61,910 nucleotides of DNA from Desulfurococcales archaeon (GCA_021163115.1 JAGGXK010000099.1:1-61910); one strand, 5' to 3'; numbered from the stretch's first letter, positions 50,413-61,284 are shown. The notes: generated by a model not told the origin, from the letters alone. Translations and numbers: made by a program.

Positions 50413-51288
50413 CTATAAGTTTCTCGTGAAAACATCTATTAATTCATAAAGCTTCTCTCTATATCTCTCCCTATCCCGCCCATATATTATGCCCCAGTCA
50501 ATAGTCTTTAATGGTTTTTTAAGCAATCCTATAATGCTTGGTATATCAACCCCTATGAACCTACCCATAGAGCTGTAGAGCTCAACAGCTTTAACATATG
50601 TTTCGCCATCAAATAACAGTACCTTACCTGGAGCCACTATAGCTACATAGTTAACAGTCTTTAATGCAGGAGTTGGTAGTGCTGCATCATTAAAGCTTTC
50701 TGCAACAACAATATCGCTGTGCGCCTTTATGTAATTAAGTATATTTGTTAGAAATGCATGTAGCTTTGGCGAGGATAGTAGTTCGGGGAGATAATTGCTT
50801 CTAATAATAGTGTATTCCCGGATTTTGCTGAGAAACAACTGTATATCATGTTTAAGTACATCTAATGTTGTCTTATAATTATCCTCTACTAGATAGTGGA
50901 TAGAGTAAGGCTTGTCTTCTATAAGATAGGTTGTTCTAGCTAGAATAGCCTGTTTTTCAAGATCCATTAGTATATCAAGATACCTCCTTGGATTACTGAT
51001 GAAGTATTTTACATCAGGTGGCAGGATAAGTATGTCAACAGGGGATATGATCTCTATTTCATCAAGTAACCCTGCTGCAGATGCTAGTTTATAGGCGTCC
51101 TCGCCCACAAGCTTCGCTAGATCGATGCTGTGGAGAAGTGTTTCATATTGGTACCAAGCATTGTGGGCGCCAATAGGTTTAAAGGGCCATGGCTTAAACC
51201 CAATGCTTTTTAATGCATCAAGAAGCTCTAAGACGAGGGTCGTCTTACCAGCATCATATCTTAACAGGCCAGTAACAAGCACTATCAC
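50413..51288 (-). CDS. P-loop protein, dethiobiotin synthetase/CobQ-like N-terminus
   Basis: VLVTGLLRYDAGKTT resembles the DTBS-type GxxxxxGKT loop. The rest is unrecognised. Confidence 0.4.
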   Translation of the reverse strand: MIVLVTGLLRYDAGKTTLVLELLDALKSIGFKPWPFKPIGAHNAWYQYETLLHSIDLAKLVGEDAYKLASAAGLLDEIEIISPVDILILPPDVKYFISNPRRYLDILMDLEKQAILARTTYLIEDKPYSIHYLVEDNYKTTLDVLKHDIQLFLSKIREYTIIRSNYLPELLSSPKLHAFLTNILNYIKAHSDIVVAESFNDAALPTPALKTVNYVAIVAPGKVLLFDGETYVKAVELYSSMGRFIGVDIPSIIGLLKKPLKTIDWGIIYGRDRERYREKLYELIDVFTRNL

Positions 51289-51433
51289 TGCTGTACACCC
51301 GTCAACTTTATCTAGACAGGCTCTATATCTGTATAATATGCAATTAGGTTAATATATGAGACACTATTATTGTTTATGAGTAAGTGGTAGCGTAGCCTAC
51401 AGTAACTAGTATACACGACTTGGTGGTATAATA

Positions 51434-53785
51434 TTGTCTAAAGCACTAGCGTTGTCAAGGATCTTCTTAAGACAGAAGTTATACTATATATTTATATCAA
51501 TAGCTGTTATACTAGCTATTTCAACGATAATAGGTGGTATTATAGCATCGTCAATAAGTACATCATATATGTTCATAAGAATTAGTAAGGAAGTTCCTGT
51601 ACACATCGTTGTTACATTAGACCTTAGTCCAGCAGGGACTAGCGTAACGGATACAGATATGGTATGGGAGTTTCTTCATAATGCAACAATATTTGCTGAA
51701 AAACTAGCTAACTCGCCAAGGATATCCAAGGTATATACAACAATATACATGTTCCTTACAACAGAGTTCTATAAAGTATACCTCATTGATAGAGCTTTGG
51801 GGGAAAGGAAAGTAGAGTTTGGCGTAACATACACAGTTATCTCATCACTTAGCAGCAGTGATAGAATAAGTATAGTTGATGGCAAGATAGATGGTATTGG
51901 AATAGGACTTAGGGATCTAGATAGTTCTATAGGGCATGAGGTATCAATTATACTAGTTAAAGATGGAAAGGAGATTACAATATATAATAATACATTATCC
52001 TTTATATTTGAACAAGTAAATCCATTAGCTAATATATCATCAAGCTTCTTCTCCTCAGGACCTATTGTAAATATTCCTGAAGAAAAAGGCATATACGTTA
52101 ACGTAGATGGTTTAAGGGAGATCATAAATGGGAGCACGCCCTATTTAAAGACAATAATGTTTACAATAGTCTATGACATTACTGTAGAGAAGACAGCTAT
52201 ACCTCCACAGCCTGAAGCTATATCTAGTGTGTTAAATGATATAATGTACAATGAGATAGTGCCCATCGGTAAAGAGGTCTTTTCAGATAGATTATTTAGT
52301 ATCGAGAGAACAGGTTTTGGGCCTGTAGTTGTTACAACGGGCTCTTCTGTTAGAGTTGATGATTTTATGTTGAGTATGGATCTTTCATCACCACTAGCAA
52401 ATATTATTGGAATGCTTAGCTTTATAACATCATCTCAAAGCGTATCCGTTATAACAGGGCTTGCCCTACCAATACTTGTTTCCTCATGGTATCTACTAAC
52501 TATAACTACAGGTTTACTTGCTGAGCGTATGAGGAGGTATATAGCATTAGCTATTACAAGGGGGGTTTCGGGGAGGCAGCTTAGGAGAGTATTTCTGATA
52601 GTTAGTATGGTTGTAGCTATTGTAGCTGGATTGCTTGCCTTGCCTTTATCATATGGCTTAGGCTATATGATGATTGGGTGGATTGTTGGTGAGCCAAGTA
52701 AGCTCTATACTCCTGATCTCGTATTCAATTATACAACCATAGCCATTGCTGTAATTGTATCAGCTATTCTAGCCTTTATAGCTCTTAGAAGAGTCTCTAA
52801 GTATTTTAGGGAATCAACAGACCTAAGTATACTAACCAGGCTCTTTGTACCACCTATTAGAGAGCCCTGGAACCTTGGAACAGGCATGAAGGTATTGCTC
52901 TTATTAAGCATATTTAAATATGGGTTATGGTTAACTGGTATGACAATGTTTGATTTAATGAATATGGCTACTAGGACAGGGAATATAGTGCTTGTTATAC
53001 TTGTTGGAATACTCTTCCCTATAGACTGGTTTATGTCTATTCTAGCTCCATACATAATAACATATGTTCTTGTAATGTCTATAACTCATTCAGAGAAAGC
53101 TCTTAACTTCCTTGCAAAACATGTTACAAGGCTTGTTTCAAGAGATCTGAGTTATAGTGTAGCAAACTTCATACTTAAGGGATCTACGAGGCTCTATAGA
53201 GTATCATTTGTTATAGCATTAATTATAGCTGTAACAACTACTTATATCGGTATGTCTTCAAGTCTTGGTGCATGGATAGGCTCTTTTGTAGAGAAAATAC
53301 AGGAAATAGGTAGTTCAACAGGTGCTCCAATATTCCTTCTCTCAGCATTGTTTGAAGGACAGATCGCATCCTATAGAATGACAGCATATATTAGTATATT
53401 CCTTGCAGTCCTTGGTTCAATAATTATAACGCTAGTATTATTAACTGATATGGATAAGGAACTAGCTGTTTTAAGAGCTCGAGGCGCAGGATTAAGGGAT
53501 CTTGGTAGATTTGTTTATGGGGTAGTATTTACTGTTCTTATAATGAGTATATCTGTTGGATTACTAAGTGGGTTTATATGGCTTAGGGGAAGCCTTTCAT
53601 CAGTATCATCTGGTATTGGCATAGGCTTCTTATCTGAGAATATACCTAAGCCTGCCATGGTTTTCACACTAAATGATCTCCTTTATCTCTGTATAATATT
53701 TGGTATACTATTTCTCTCACCCCTAGTTATAATCATGTTTAGCCAGAGGTATCCTGTTGCAGAAAAACTCCGTAGCCTAGTATAG
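51434..53785 (+). CDS. FtsX/MacB-type ABC transporter permease (two FtsX-like modules)
   Basis: Two copies of the (A/T)RG(V/A)(S/G)xRQL/RDL-type segment, each followed by 3 TM segments, and a large extracytoplasmic loop after TM1. TTG start. Confidence 0.75.
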   Translation: MSKALALSRIFLRQKLYYIFISIAVILAISTIIGGIIASSISTSYMFIRISKEVPVHIVVTLDLSPAGTSVTDTDMVWEFLHNATIFAEKLANSPRISKVYTTIYMFLTTEFYKVYLIDRALGERKVEFGVTYTVISSLSSSDRISIVDGKIDGIGIGLRDLDSSIGHEVSIILVKDGKEITIYNNTLSFIFEQVNPLANISSSFFSSGPIVNIPEEKGIYVNVDGLREIINGSTPYLKTIMFTIVYDITVEKTAIPPQPEAISSVLNDIMYNEIVPIGKEVFSDRLFSIERTGFGPVVVTTGSSVRVDDFMLSMDLSSPLANIIGMLSFITSSQSVSVITGLALPILVSSWYLLTITTGLLAERMRRYIALAITRGVSGRQLRRVFLIVSMVVAIVAGLLALPLSYGLGYMMIGWIVGEPSKLYTPDLVFNYTTIAIAVIVSAILAFIALRRVSKYFRESTDLSILTRLFVPPIREPWNLGTGMKVLLLLSIFKYGLWLTGMTMFDLMNMATRTGNIVLVILVGILFPIDWFMSILAPYIITYVLVMSITHSEKALNFLAKHVTRLVSRDLSYSVANFILKGSTRLYRVSFVIALIIAVTTTYIGMSSSLGAWIGSFVEKIQEIGSSTGAPIFLLSALFEGQIASYRMTAYISIFLAVLGSIIITLVLLTDMDKELAVLRARGAGLRDLGRFVYGVVFTVLIMSISVGLLSGFIWLRGSLSSVSSGIGIGFLSENIPKPAMVFTLNDLLYLCIIFGILFLSPLVIIMFSQRYPVAEKLRSLV

Positions 53786-53786
53786 G

Positions 53787-54722
53787 GTGGTATATATGTC
53801 TAGTGGTAGGAAGCCTGTGGTGTATGTAAAAGACTTAGTAAAAATATATAAAACAGGGCCTGTAGCGGTTCAGGCATTACGTGGAGTATCCCTTACAGTA
53901 TATGAGGGAGAGATCATAGCTATAATGGGTCCCAGCGGCTCTGGTAAGACGACGTTACTAAATATTATTGGTGGTGTTGACAAGCCTACAGCAGGCTCTG
54001 TTATTGTTGATGGACAAGACATATCTTTTCTCCCTGAAAAGGATCTACAAAGATACCGCCTCTACAAAGTTGGCTATATCTTCCAGTTCTTTAACCTAAT
54101 ACCAACACTTACTGCACTAGAAAACGTTGTATTGCCGATGATCATGGCTGGCAAGAAACATAGTGAAGCTGTTGAAAGAGGGAAGGAGTTAATTAAGCTA
54201 GTAGGATTAACGGGGAAGGAAAAACGTTTACCAGAGGAGATGAGTGGTGGTGAGAGACAAAGACTTGCTATAGCAGTAGCTCTAGCCAACGACCCGCCAA
54301 TAATACTTGCAGATGAGCCCACTGGAGAACTAGATATTGTTAATGCTGAGAAGGTTATGGAGGTAATGGTTTCCCTTGCTAGACAGGGTAAAACGGTTAT
54401 AGTATCAACCCATGACCCAAGAGTTGCAAGGCTGACAGACAAAATATACCTACTTGAGGATGGCAGGATAACAGGTATGCATACTCCAGAAAAGCTTGCA
54501 GGAACAGCTCCTCTGCAGGAGGTAGAGCTAGAGAGAAGTATTGTAGATTATTTAAAGAAGAGGCTTGATGGTGCAAAGAGTGAGATAGAGTCTTTAACCA
54601 AGCTATTTAGGGAAGGAAAGATAAGTGTTGAAGAGTTTGTTGAGAAATATAGTTTACTAAAACAAACAATAAGAGTTATAAGAAGCGAGCTAGCTAGACT
54701 GGGAGCTGGTGTCGAAGGCTAG
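53787..54722 (+). CDS. ABC transporter ATP-binding protein (MacB/LolD type) with C-terminal helical extension
   Basis: GPSGSGKTT, MSGGERQR and LADEPTGELD. GTG start 2 nt after the permease stop. Confidence 0.9.
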   Translation: MVYMSSGRKPVVYVKDLVKIYKTGPVAVQALRGVSLTVYEGEIIAIMGPSGSGKTTLLNIIGGVDKPTAGSVIVDGQDISFLPEKDLQRYRLYKVGYIFQFFNLIPTLTALENVVLPMIMAGKKHSEAVERGKELIKLVGLTGKEKRLPEEMSGGERQRLAIAVALANDPPIILADEPTGELDIVNAEKVMEVMVSLARQGKTVIVSTHDPRVARLTDKIYLLEDGRITGMHTPEKLAGTAPLQEVELERSIVDYLKKRLDGAKSEIESLTKLFREGKISVEEFVEKYSLLKQTIRVIRSELARLGAGVEG

Positions 54723-54795
54723 TTATAACTATATGTTTTTATTTTAATTCATAGTAACTTAATCTACAGTCTAGAAAGGGAGTAGGTGTATACCA

Positions 54796-56514
54796 GTGAG
54801 ATATATAAGTGGTTTAGTAGCTATAATGTTTACAATACTTATTCTCCTCACACCAATAACTAATGCTACAATAGTGGATAATACAGTAAAGAAGGCGTTT
54901 ATAATATATACGCCATACTTTAATGTAGATGATGTACTTACTCTTACAGGAAACCAGAGTAGAGCATACATAGAAAACTCTACAATAATTAAGGTTACTC
55001 CATCACCGCCATATACAAGCTTGTATTATGAGCTCTCCCTATTAACAGCTAGTAAATGGGATATAGTATCATCAATACCCCTAGACAATAATACACTACT
55101 GGCGAAGAACAAGAGCTTTGCATCACCAAGAGAGCTTGTTAACCAGGATTATATTAAAAAACTATGGAGGGAACCATCAACTGTTTTAATAGGCTTTCAT
55201 GGCATAGATCCCCAGAAGTATGGGAGAGCTGTAAATTACTGGGAAGTACCCGGATCCAGTGTTATACCCCCTTTAATAATTTATGTTGAACTAGGTAAAG
55301 GTGTTAGATGGGATATACTAGATAGAGAGCTAACATTGTATAAGGAAAATGAGAGCTACAGACTTGTTATAGAGGATTTAGTAAATGAGACGATACCGCT
55401 AGATACAGAGGAGTCAAAGACTATATTACTAAATCTAACAGGTATAGAGACACCGCTAGATAAAGGCTTGTATTATATAAAATTCAAGATTACAAAATAT
55501 AATGAAACCCATTATAGGATAATAACACTTGGGACAATAAAGCAGGACATTGGCTTTTCTGGAGACTACAAAGGATACACAGGCCCTATAACACCATCCC
55601 TGCCAAAATTCTTGCCGGAACTAAGTAGTGGTGAAGCAGAATGGTGTGTTAGAGAAGTTGTAAAGTTCTATACAGGGGTTACTAGATACCTGTTCTCAAT
55701 ATATAAGATCCAGGAGGTGACAATGTTAAACTATCCAGTAATAATGGATCTATATAGGTACAAGGATAAACTGCCAAGCGATCTATTCAATACATTACTT
55801 AATATAAGTTATACAGGATTGTTTGATCTAATAAGTAAGTCCCTAGAATTTCTTGGAAAAGATGTTACAGAGGTAATAGTATTCTCTCCATATACATATA
55901 CAGAAAACTATGTTGAAGAAACAAACCCTGGTATAAAAATAGTTGCTCCAGGGATTCTTGAGTACTCCAGCCTAGCTGTTTCATTACTGAATAGCTTGAA
56001 GATAAACTATACTGTAATACACACTGATTCCACTTCTTATGTACTAGTAGATGATCCAATGCTTAGAATAAACGACATCGGAGGATACGGTTATGGATAC
56101 CTCTTATTCCATCCAGGTACAGAAGGTACTAAGGATACAGTAATAGGGTTTGAACAAGTGCTTGGATACTTTACAGCATTTACATCTAAGGTGGAGCTAA
56201 GTATTCGTGATCTACTATCTATCATCAGTTCCTTGGATGAACTTAGAAGCGAGCTAGAGTATAATGTTACAAAACTTAATACAACAATAAAGGCATTGAA
56301 TAACCAGCTTAACGATTTAAAGCTCAAAGTAGGTAACCTTAATGCTGAGAACAAGAATCTTAGTCTAAGGATAAAGGATCTAGAGGACCAGCTTAATGAG
56401 GAGAAGAAGAAGTTTGAGCAACTAAGCCTATATGCATCAGCTGGTGTTGGAGCCGTATTTGTTGTTGCAATAGTGTTAACAATGATTATTGGTAAAGTGT
56501 CTAGGAGGAGATAA
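54796..56514 (+). CDS. secreted/anchored surface protein with C-terminal coiled coil and TM anchor
   Basis: N-terminal signal-like TM, many N-x-S/T sequons, a heptad-like LNNQLNDLKLKVGNLNAENKNL segment, and a terminal TM plus RRR. Confidence 0.55.
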   Translation: MRYISGLVAIMFTILILLTPITNATIVDNTVKKAFIIYTPYFNVDDVLTLTGNQSRAYIENSTIIKVTPSPPYTSLYYELSLLTASKWDIVSSIPLDNNTLLAKNKSFASPRELVNQDYIKKLWREPSTVLIGFHGIDPQKYGRAVNYWEVPGSSVIPPLIIYVELGKGVRWDILDRELTLYKENESYRLVIEDLVNETIPLDTEESKTILLNLTGIETPLDKGLYYIKFKITKYNETHYRIITLGTIKQDIGFSGDYKGYTGPITPSLPKFLPELSSGEAEWCVREVVKFYTGVTRYLFSIYKIQEVTMLNYPVIMDLYRYKDKLPSDLFNTLLNISYTGLFDLISKSLEFLGKDVTEVIVFSPYTYTENYVEETNPGIKIVAPGILEYSSLAVSLLNSLKINYTVIHTDSTSYVLVDDPMLRINDIGGYGYGYLLFHPGTEGTKDTVIGFEQVLGYFTAFTSKVELSIRDLLSIISSLDELRSELEYNVTKLNTTIKALNNQLNDLKLKVGNLNAENKNLSLRIKDLEDQLNEEKKKFEQLSLYASAGVGAVFVVAIVLTMIIGKVSRRR

Positions 56515-56553
56515 TGGTTTTTCAAAGAAATAATTATCTCTTCTCAACCTCTG

Positions 56554-57060
56554 TTATTTACCTGTTAATATTCTTGCTATCCTAACTAGGCTATATTGTT
56601 CATTAATCCAATACAATACTATGGCTAGAGCTATTAGTATACCGAGAGTATTTGCTATAGAGTTATTTGATCTATATATGGGGAACGCTGCCTTACCTTT
56701 GTAGAGAGGCCATAATGGGTAGATCCCTCTAGGTGTTAGAGCATCAAATAATAGGTGTAGAAACCATCCTCCTCCAAAGGCTATCAATATCCTTGTAACC
56801 CCCTCTACTGTAGCTACTTGGGTAAAGACTTGGCCCGTAGCATCCTGTATACTCGATATCAATACATATAGAATTAACAGGCTTGCACCAAGAGCGAAGA
56901 AATTGTGGAGGCTCTTCCTATGCTTAAACCTTAGATCGAGGTCTGGGAACCAGCCTCCAAGCCAGCCGAAGAATACTGTTGCAGGCAGTAATGTTAAGTA
57001 ACCATTTGAAACCAGTACACCAAGAGAGAGACCTATTATTGAGTGTACACTCCTCTTCAT
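56554..57060 (-). CDS. DUF457 membrane-bound metal-dependent hydrolase-like protein
   Basis: HSIIG...PDLD...HRKSLHN...HLLFDALTPRG pattern. Confidence 0.65.
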   Translation of the reverse strand: MKRSVHSIIGLSLGVLVSNGYLTLLPATVFFGWLGGWFPDLDLRFKHRKSLHNFFALGASLLILYVLISSIQDATGQVFTQVATVEGVTRILIAFGGGWFLHLLFDALTPRGIYPLWPLYKGKAAFPIYRSNNSIANTLGILIALAIVLYWINEQYSLVRIARILTGK

Positions 57061-59687
57061 CCCATACTCTCTCCTAGGCTAGCTACTTCTTTACTCTTCT
57101 CAAACTCTATATATCTTAATAGGTTTATAGCTAGGACTATTGCTAGGAGGAAGCATTTTATATAACTAGCTATTGATGGCATAGAATACTTGCCCAGAGG
57201 ATCGTCAACAATAAACCACGTAAGTATTACAGTTGCTGTAGCAAGATCCTGTATTGCTAATATAGGCAGTATTACGGGAGTTGCTAAGAGTACAGCCAAT
57301 GGGATGATCATGAGATTCATTTGTGGAGTATATACATAGGAGAAAAGTAGTGGGGCTACTAATACAAGCCACGATCTAACAATGATCTTCTCATCAGTAG
57401 ATCCCCTAAGTTTAGGCAACAACACTAGTATCAATGATAATGGCATAAGGAACTTAGCTATACTAATAACAGTTTTATCCCATGGATTATCAGCTATTAA
57501 TAGCCACCAACTACCCTCAATATACCATCCTAGATGATGGTTTAGGAAATCTGAGAAACCGCTTGGATTTATAGCCATTATAATCAGGAGTATAAGACCA
57601 GTAACTACTGCATAATATATTACGTCAATTGCTTCCCTCTTCTTCTCTCTTAAAACAGCTAAAGCAAACAAACCAGGATAGATCTTGGTTGCTGCTGCAA
57701 GGCCGAGGAGTATACCTGCAAGCTTCTTCTTATCCTCGAGAACGTATCTAAGCCCTCTAACACCTAGGGCTATTGCTATGATATCCCAGTTGTATATACC
57801 ATATATTATGAATGATGGGAACACAAACAGTATATAAACAGGTATTCTTGTCTTTAACCTCTTGCTAAGCCATAGCATATCATTGGCTAGAAGTATAGTT
57901 GCTGACCCTGTGAATAATGTCTGTAGAACATAGTGAGCATAAACAGCCTTATCCCCTGAAAGGAATAGTCTTGGAAGAGTTGATATAGCCCATAGGATAC
58001 CTACTAGAGGTGGGTATTCAAATTTATAGTGTATGTATGGGAGCCCATAATCCATTACATGGGTATACCATCCCTCAGCACTCCCACCATACACTCTATA
58101 GTATATGCTAACTACATCGCTATAGATAGATGGATTCCCACCCGGCATGTGGAGAATGAAGCTAAGCCCTATACTTATGAATATAAGTGTATATACAACA
58201 ATCTCTAGCGGGCTAATTAATGCTTCAGCCTTCTCACTGGGTACGATAAGGATTTCTCTAACTTGTTTAATGAAATCGTTATAGATATTCCATATCTCGT
58301 TCCTAAACATTAATGCAGTAATAACAACTAAGTGTAGATAAAATACTGGAGCTAGCTGGGCTAAGTAGAAGCTATACTGGGTTCTACCTCCAAGGATCCA
58401 TAAAATGATGTAGCCCCCATAAACACCTACTAGGCTAAGCCATGCATACCTATATTTTTCAAGCTTGAATACAAGGGGTGTAAATATTATAGCCATTACA
58501 GTACTTGCTAGGTAGAAGGGCCAGATCCCTCTAGCTACAATTGATTCCCCAGTGCTCCAGTAGAATAATGTGAAGCTATTCCTTCCCAGAAGCCAGTCCC
58601 ATGGAGAAGATGCTGTAGGACAACCACTACTAGTACATTTCAAGCTTGTATGCCACTTAACAGCCCCTGTAATAGCTTGATCGAACCATGTATTAAAGCC
58701 TAAGTAGCCTATAAGTGGTAGAGAAGCTATTATCTGGATACCCAAGAATAATAGGAAATAAACAGCTAGATAGAATATCATACGCATGATCCTATCATTA
58801 AGCCTTGTTTTTAGAAACAAGTTATTCAGCCAATGGGGTATAAGTGAGAATAATCCGGAGAACTTTGCTAGAGAACTAATAATACCTGATACGATTGTTC
58901 CAAGATCTTTTCTAGAAACAAGTATGTAGAGTGTGAGGAGTGTGAAGAAGCCTACATGGATATCGAGCAGAGCAAGCACGCTCATAGCCTGGTGTAGGGG
59001 ATCAAGTGCTAGGCCTAAGGGAGCAGCTAATGCTATGTAGAGAGCTTTCTCTCTACCCCAGTACTCTTCCAGTATAGAATAGACTACTAAGTATACTAGA
59101 ACAAGCATAGCTACTCCAACAACCATGCTTGGAATACGCCATGCAAGAGGGTAGTCTCCAAGAACAAGCATAGATAATGCTATAAGATACTTTGCTAGAG
59201 GAGGATGTTCTGTGTTAAGATAGTTGTTTATATTTTCTGCATCACCATATCTCCAGCCCCTAATAGTATCAACAACTTTTTGATCTCTTGCCTCAAGCTC
59301 GTTGATGAAGCTATTAAGCTGCTCCCTGCTAGAAACCTTAACATATACACAGTTTGCTTTATCATAACTATCATCAACTATCTCAACCCCTAGCTCGTCT
59401 GCAACATTTCTTACTGTATCTAAATTGGGTTTCTTGGAAAAGAATACTGAGTAACATTCACCATATGGCGTCCATGGATCTACACCAAATACCTTATGAA
59501 GTATATTTCTAGCAGAATTAACATACCATACCTCATCAGATATATAGCCCTTAGAATTCTGTTTTACAAGATCCTCTTCAAGGCTTTGTTCAAATATATA
59601 CGAATAATATGCAAAGCCGGCAACTATTATAAACAATAGTATTACTGGTATAATCTCTCTAGCTTCTCTAATAATTACTGGATACAT
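57057..59687 (-). CDS. large GT-C-fold membrane glycosyltransferase (PMT/ArnT-like N-half; second GT-C-like C-half)
   Basis: ISDEVWYVNSA resembles the loop-1 DE motif of PMT-family enzymes. More than 20 predicted TM segments. FEYPPLVGILW lies in the second half. Confidence 0.6.
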   Translation of the reverse strand: MYPVIIREAREIIPVILLFIIVAGFAYYSYIFEQSLEEDLVKQNSKGYISDEVWYVNSARNILHKVFGVDPWTPYGECYSVFFSKKPNLDTVRNVADELGVEIVDDSYDKANCVYVKVSSREQLNSFINELEARDQKVVDTIRGWRYGDAENINNYLNTEHPPLAKYLIALSMLVLGDYPLAWRIPSMVVGVAMLVLVYLVVYSILEEYWGREKALYIALAAPLGLALDPLHQAMSVLALLDIHVGFFTLLTLYILVSRKDLGTIVSGIISSLAKFSGLFSLIPHWLNNLFLKTRLNDRIMRMIFYLAVYFLLFLGIQIIASLPLIGYLGFNTWFDQAITGAVKWHTSLKCTSSGCPTASSPWDWLLGRNSFTLFYWSTGESIVARGIWPFYLASTVMAIIFTPLVFKLEKYRYAWLSLVGVYGGYIILWILGGRTQYSFYLAQLAPVFYLHLVVITALMFRNEIWNIYNDFIKQVREILIVPSEKAEALISPLEIVVYTLIFISIGLSFILHMPGGNPSIYSDVVSIYYRVYGGSAEGWYTHVMDYGLPYIHYKFEYPPLVGILWAISTLPRLFLSGDKAVYAHYVLQTLFTGSATILLANDMLWLSKRLKTRIPVYILFVFPSFIIYGIYNWDIIAIALGVRGLRYVLEDKKKLAGILLGLAAATKIYPGLFALAVLREKKREAIDVIYYAVVTGLILLIIMAINPSGFSDFLNHHLGWYIEGSWWLLIADNPWDKTVISIAKFLMPLSLILVLLPKLRGSTDEKIIVRSWLVLVAPLLFSYVYTPQMNLMIIPLAVLLATPVILPILAIQDLATATVILTWFIVDDPLGKYSMPSIASYIKCFLLAIVLAINLLRYIEFEKSKEVASLGESMG

Positions 59688-59844
59688 AGTTAATCACTTA
59701 GCTAATTCTAAGCTTCTATGCATCTATTGGAGAATAAAATTGTTTTCCATATACTCTATGACCCATGCATACTGTAGAGCAACCGATTATTGACTGGCTG
59801 TCCCGAGCCTGTTCCAAGAGTTTCCCATGAGGGACTACATGTTC

Positions 59845-59856
59845 TTTTTATAAATA
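59845..59856 (+). promoter_or_regulatory. candidate TATA box for the 59887 gene
   Basis: TTTTTATAAATA lies 31 nt upstream of the ATG, consistent with a short-leader archaeal transcript. Confidence 0.35.
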
Positions 59857-59886
59857 GGTGGTGTAGGGTTTTCCTGGTGGAAAAGG

Positions 59887-61284
59887 ATGAATGGAGTAAA
59901 GTATACAGGATTAATTGTTGTAGCTATCCTAGCACTATCAATAATTGGGGCTGCATTACCAGTGACTAGTGCACTGTCTAGTAATACGTATCCTATATCC
60001 AGTAGTTCTATAGAACACAGTGTATCTATTAATAAGACAAGGGTTGCAGAGATCATTATTAACAGGGTATTGTATAAAATTGAGCGTGTAATGGATCTAG
60101 CTCAAGCATATAATATAGGGTTGCCTGAAAACCTTAGTAGTAGGGTTGATCAGGCTTATGAGCTAATTAATAATGCTTCAGTAATTGTTGATGAGAAGCC
60201 TTGTGAGGCAATAAAGCTTGCATTAAGGGCTGAGGCAGTGTTTATGCCTGTTGCCAGGTATGTTCTAGCTAATATACCTGTTGAAGACCGTGAGGAGATG
60301 AGGAAGGAGGCATTGCTAAGATCTATTGAGGCTAAACTAGATGTCATAGATAATATAAGGGCTAGGATTGAATGGCTTGAGAACAAGAGTATACCAGTTA
60401 TAGATGAGGTTAATGACCTATTGGATGATGCAGAGTCTAAGCTTCTTGAAGCAGAATATATGGTTGAGGAAGGAAATTATAGTGTTAGTGAGGTAGCCCA
60501 CCTTATAGCTGAAGCCTCTAAGGATATTGGTAGAGCTACAGCATTATTATACAAGTTTGCTGGCAGGGCATGGGCTGCTTCATCAATGGTTGAGCATGGG
60601 CTTAAATGCTTTGCCTACTCCCTATTCTCTGTGGGTAGAGCAATTAATGCTACTCTAGATGCTATTGGGAGTGGTGATAATGAGACTGTAAGCCTATATA
60701 TCAACATAAGTATTGAGAGGATTGACAAGCTTGTACTATATCTTAACAAGTCTATAGAGATCATTGTTAATAGGACTGGTGAAACAAACTTTACACTAGC
60801 ACTAGAGATTCTCCGTGACTCACTCCTAGAGGCTAGAGAACACTTGGTGATTGCCCAGGAATACCTTGGTGAAGGCGATCTATTATCTGCTGAGGCAGAG
60901 GCTGAGGAAGCATTTAATGTGTTAAAGAATGGTGCTGAACAAGCACTCCCATATCTAAGAGGACTATATCACCTACTTGAAAAGATAAAGGATTATGCTG
61001 AAAGGGCTCGGGAGGAGATTAGGGAGAAGTGGAGACATATTATTGAAAGAAAGGCTGCGCAGTTAATAATGTTTATTGGCAGAATAGATCTAAGGCTTCA
61101 CAAAGCCTACAGACTATATCTTAGAGGAATCATTACTGAGGAGCAGTTTAACAACACCTTAAACAAGGCACAGCATATACTAGAGATACTTAAGAATAGG
61201 CTTGAAGAACTACCCAGGCCCCCGGAGAAGCTTATAGCAAAAATAGACGAGATCCTTAAATGGATTAATAGTGTTAGACCATAA
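59887..61284 (+). CDS. secreted all-helical hypothetical protein
   Basis: N-terminal hydrophobic signal/anchor. The remainder is rich in E/A/L/R heptad-like segments. Confidence 0.5.
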   Translation: MNGVKYTGLIVVAILALSIIGAALPVTSALSSNTYPISSSSIEHSVSINKTRVAEIIINRVLYKIERVMDLAQAYNIGLPENLSSRVDQAYELINNASVIVDEKPCEAIKLALRAEAVFMPVARYVLANIPVEDREEMRKEALLRSIEAKLDVIDNIRARIEWLENKSIPVIDEVNDLLDDAESKLLEAEYMVEEGNYSVSEVAHLIAEASKDIGRATALLYKFAGRAWAASSMVEHGLKCFAYSLFSVGRAINATLDAIGSGDNETVSLYINISIERIDKLVLYLNKSIEIIVNRTGETNFTLALEILRDSLLEAREHLVIAQEYLGEGDLLSAEAEAEEAFNVLKNGAEQALPYLRGLYHLLEKIKDYAERAREEIREKWRHIIERKAAQLIMFIGRIDLRLHKAYRLYLRGIITEEQFNNTLNKAQHILEILKNRLEELPRPPEKLIAKIDEILKWINSVRP

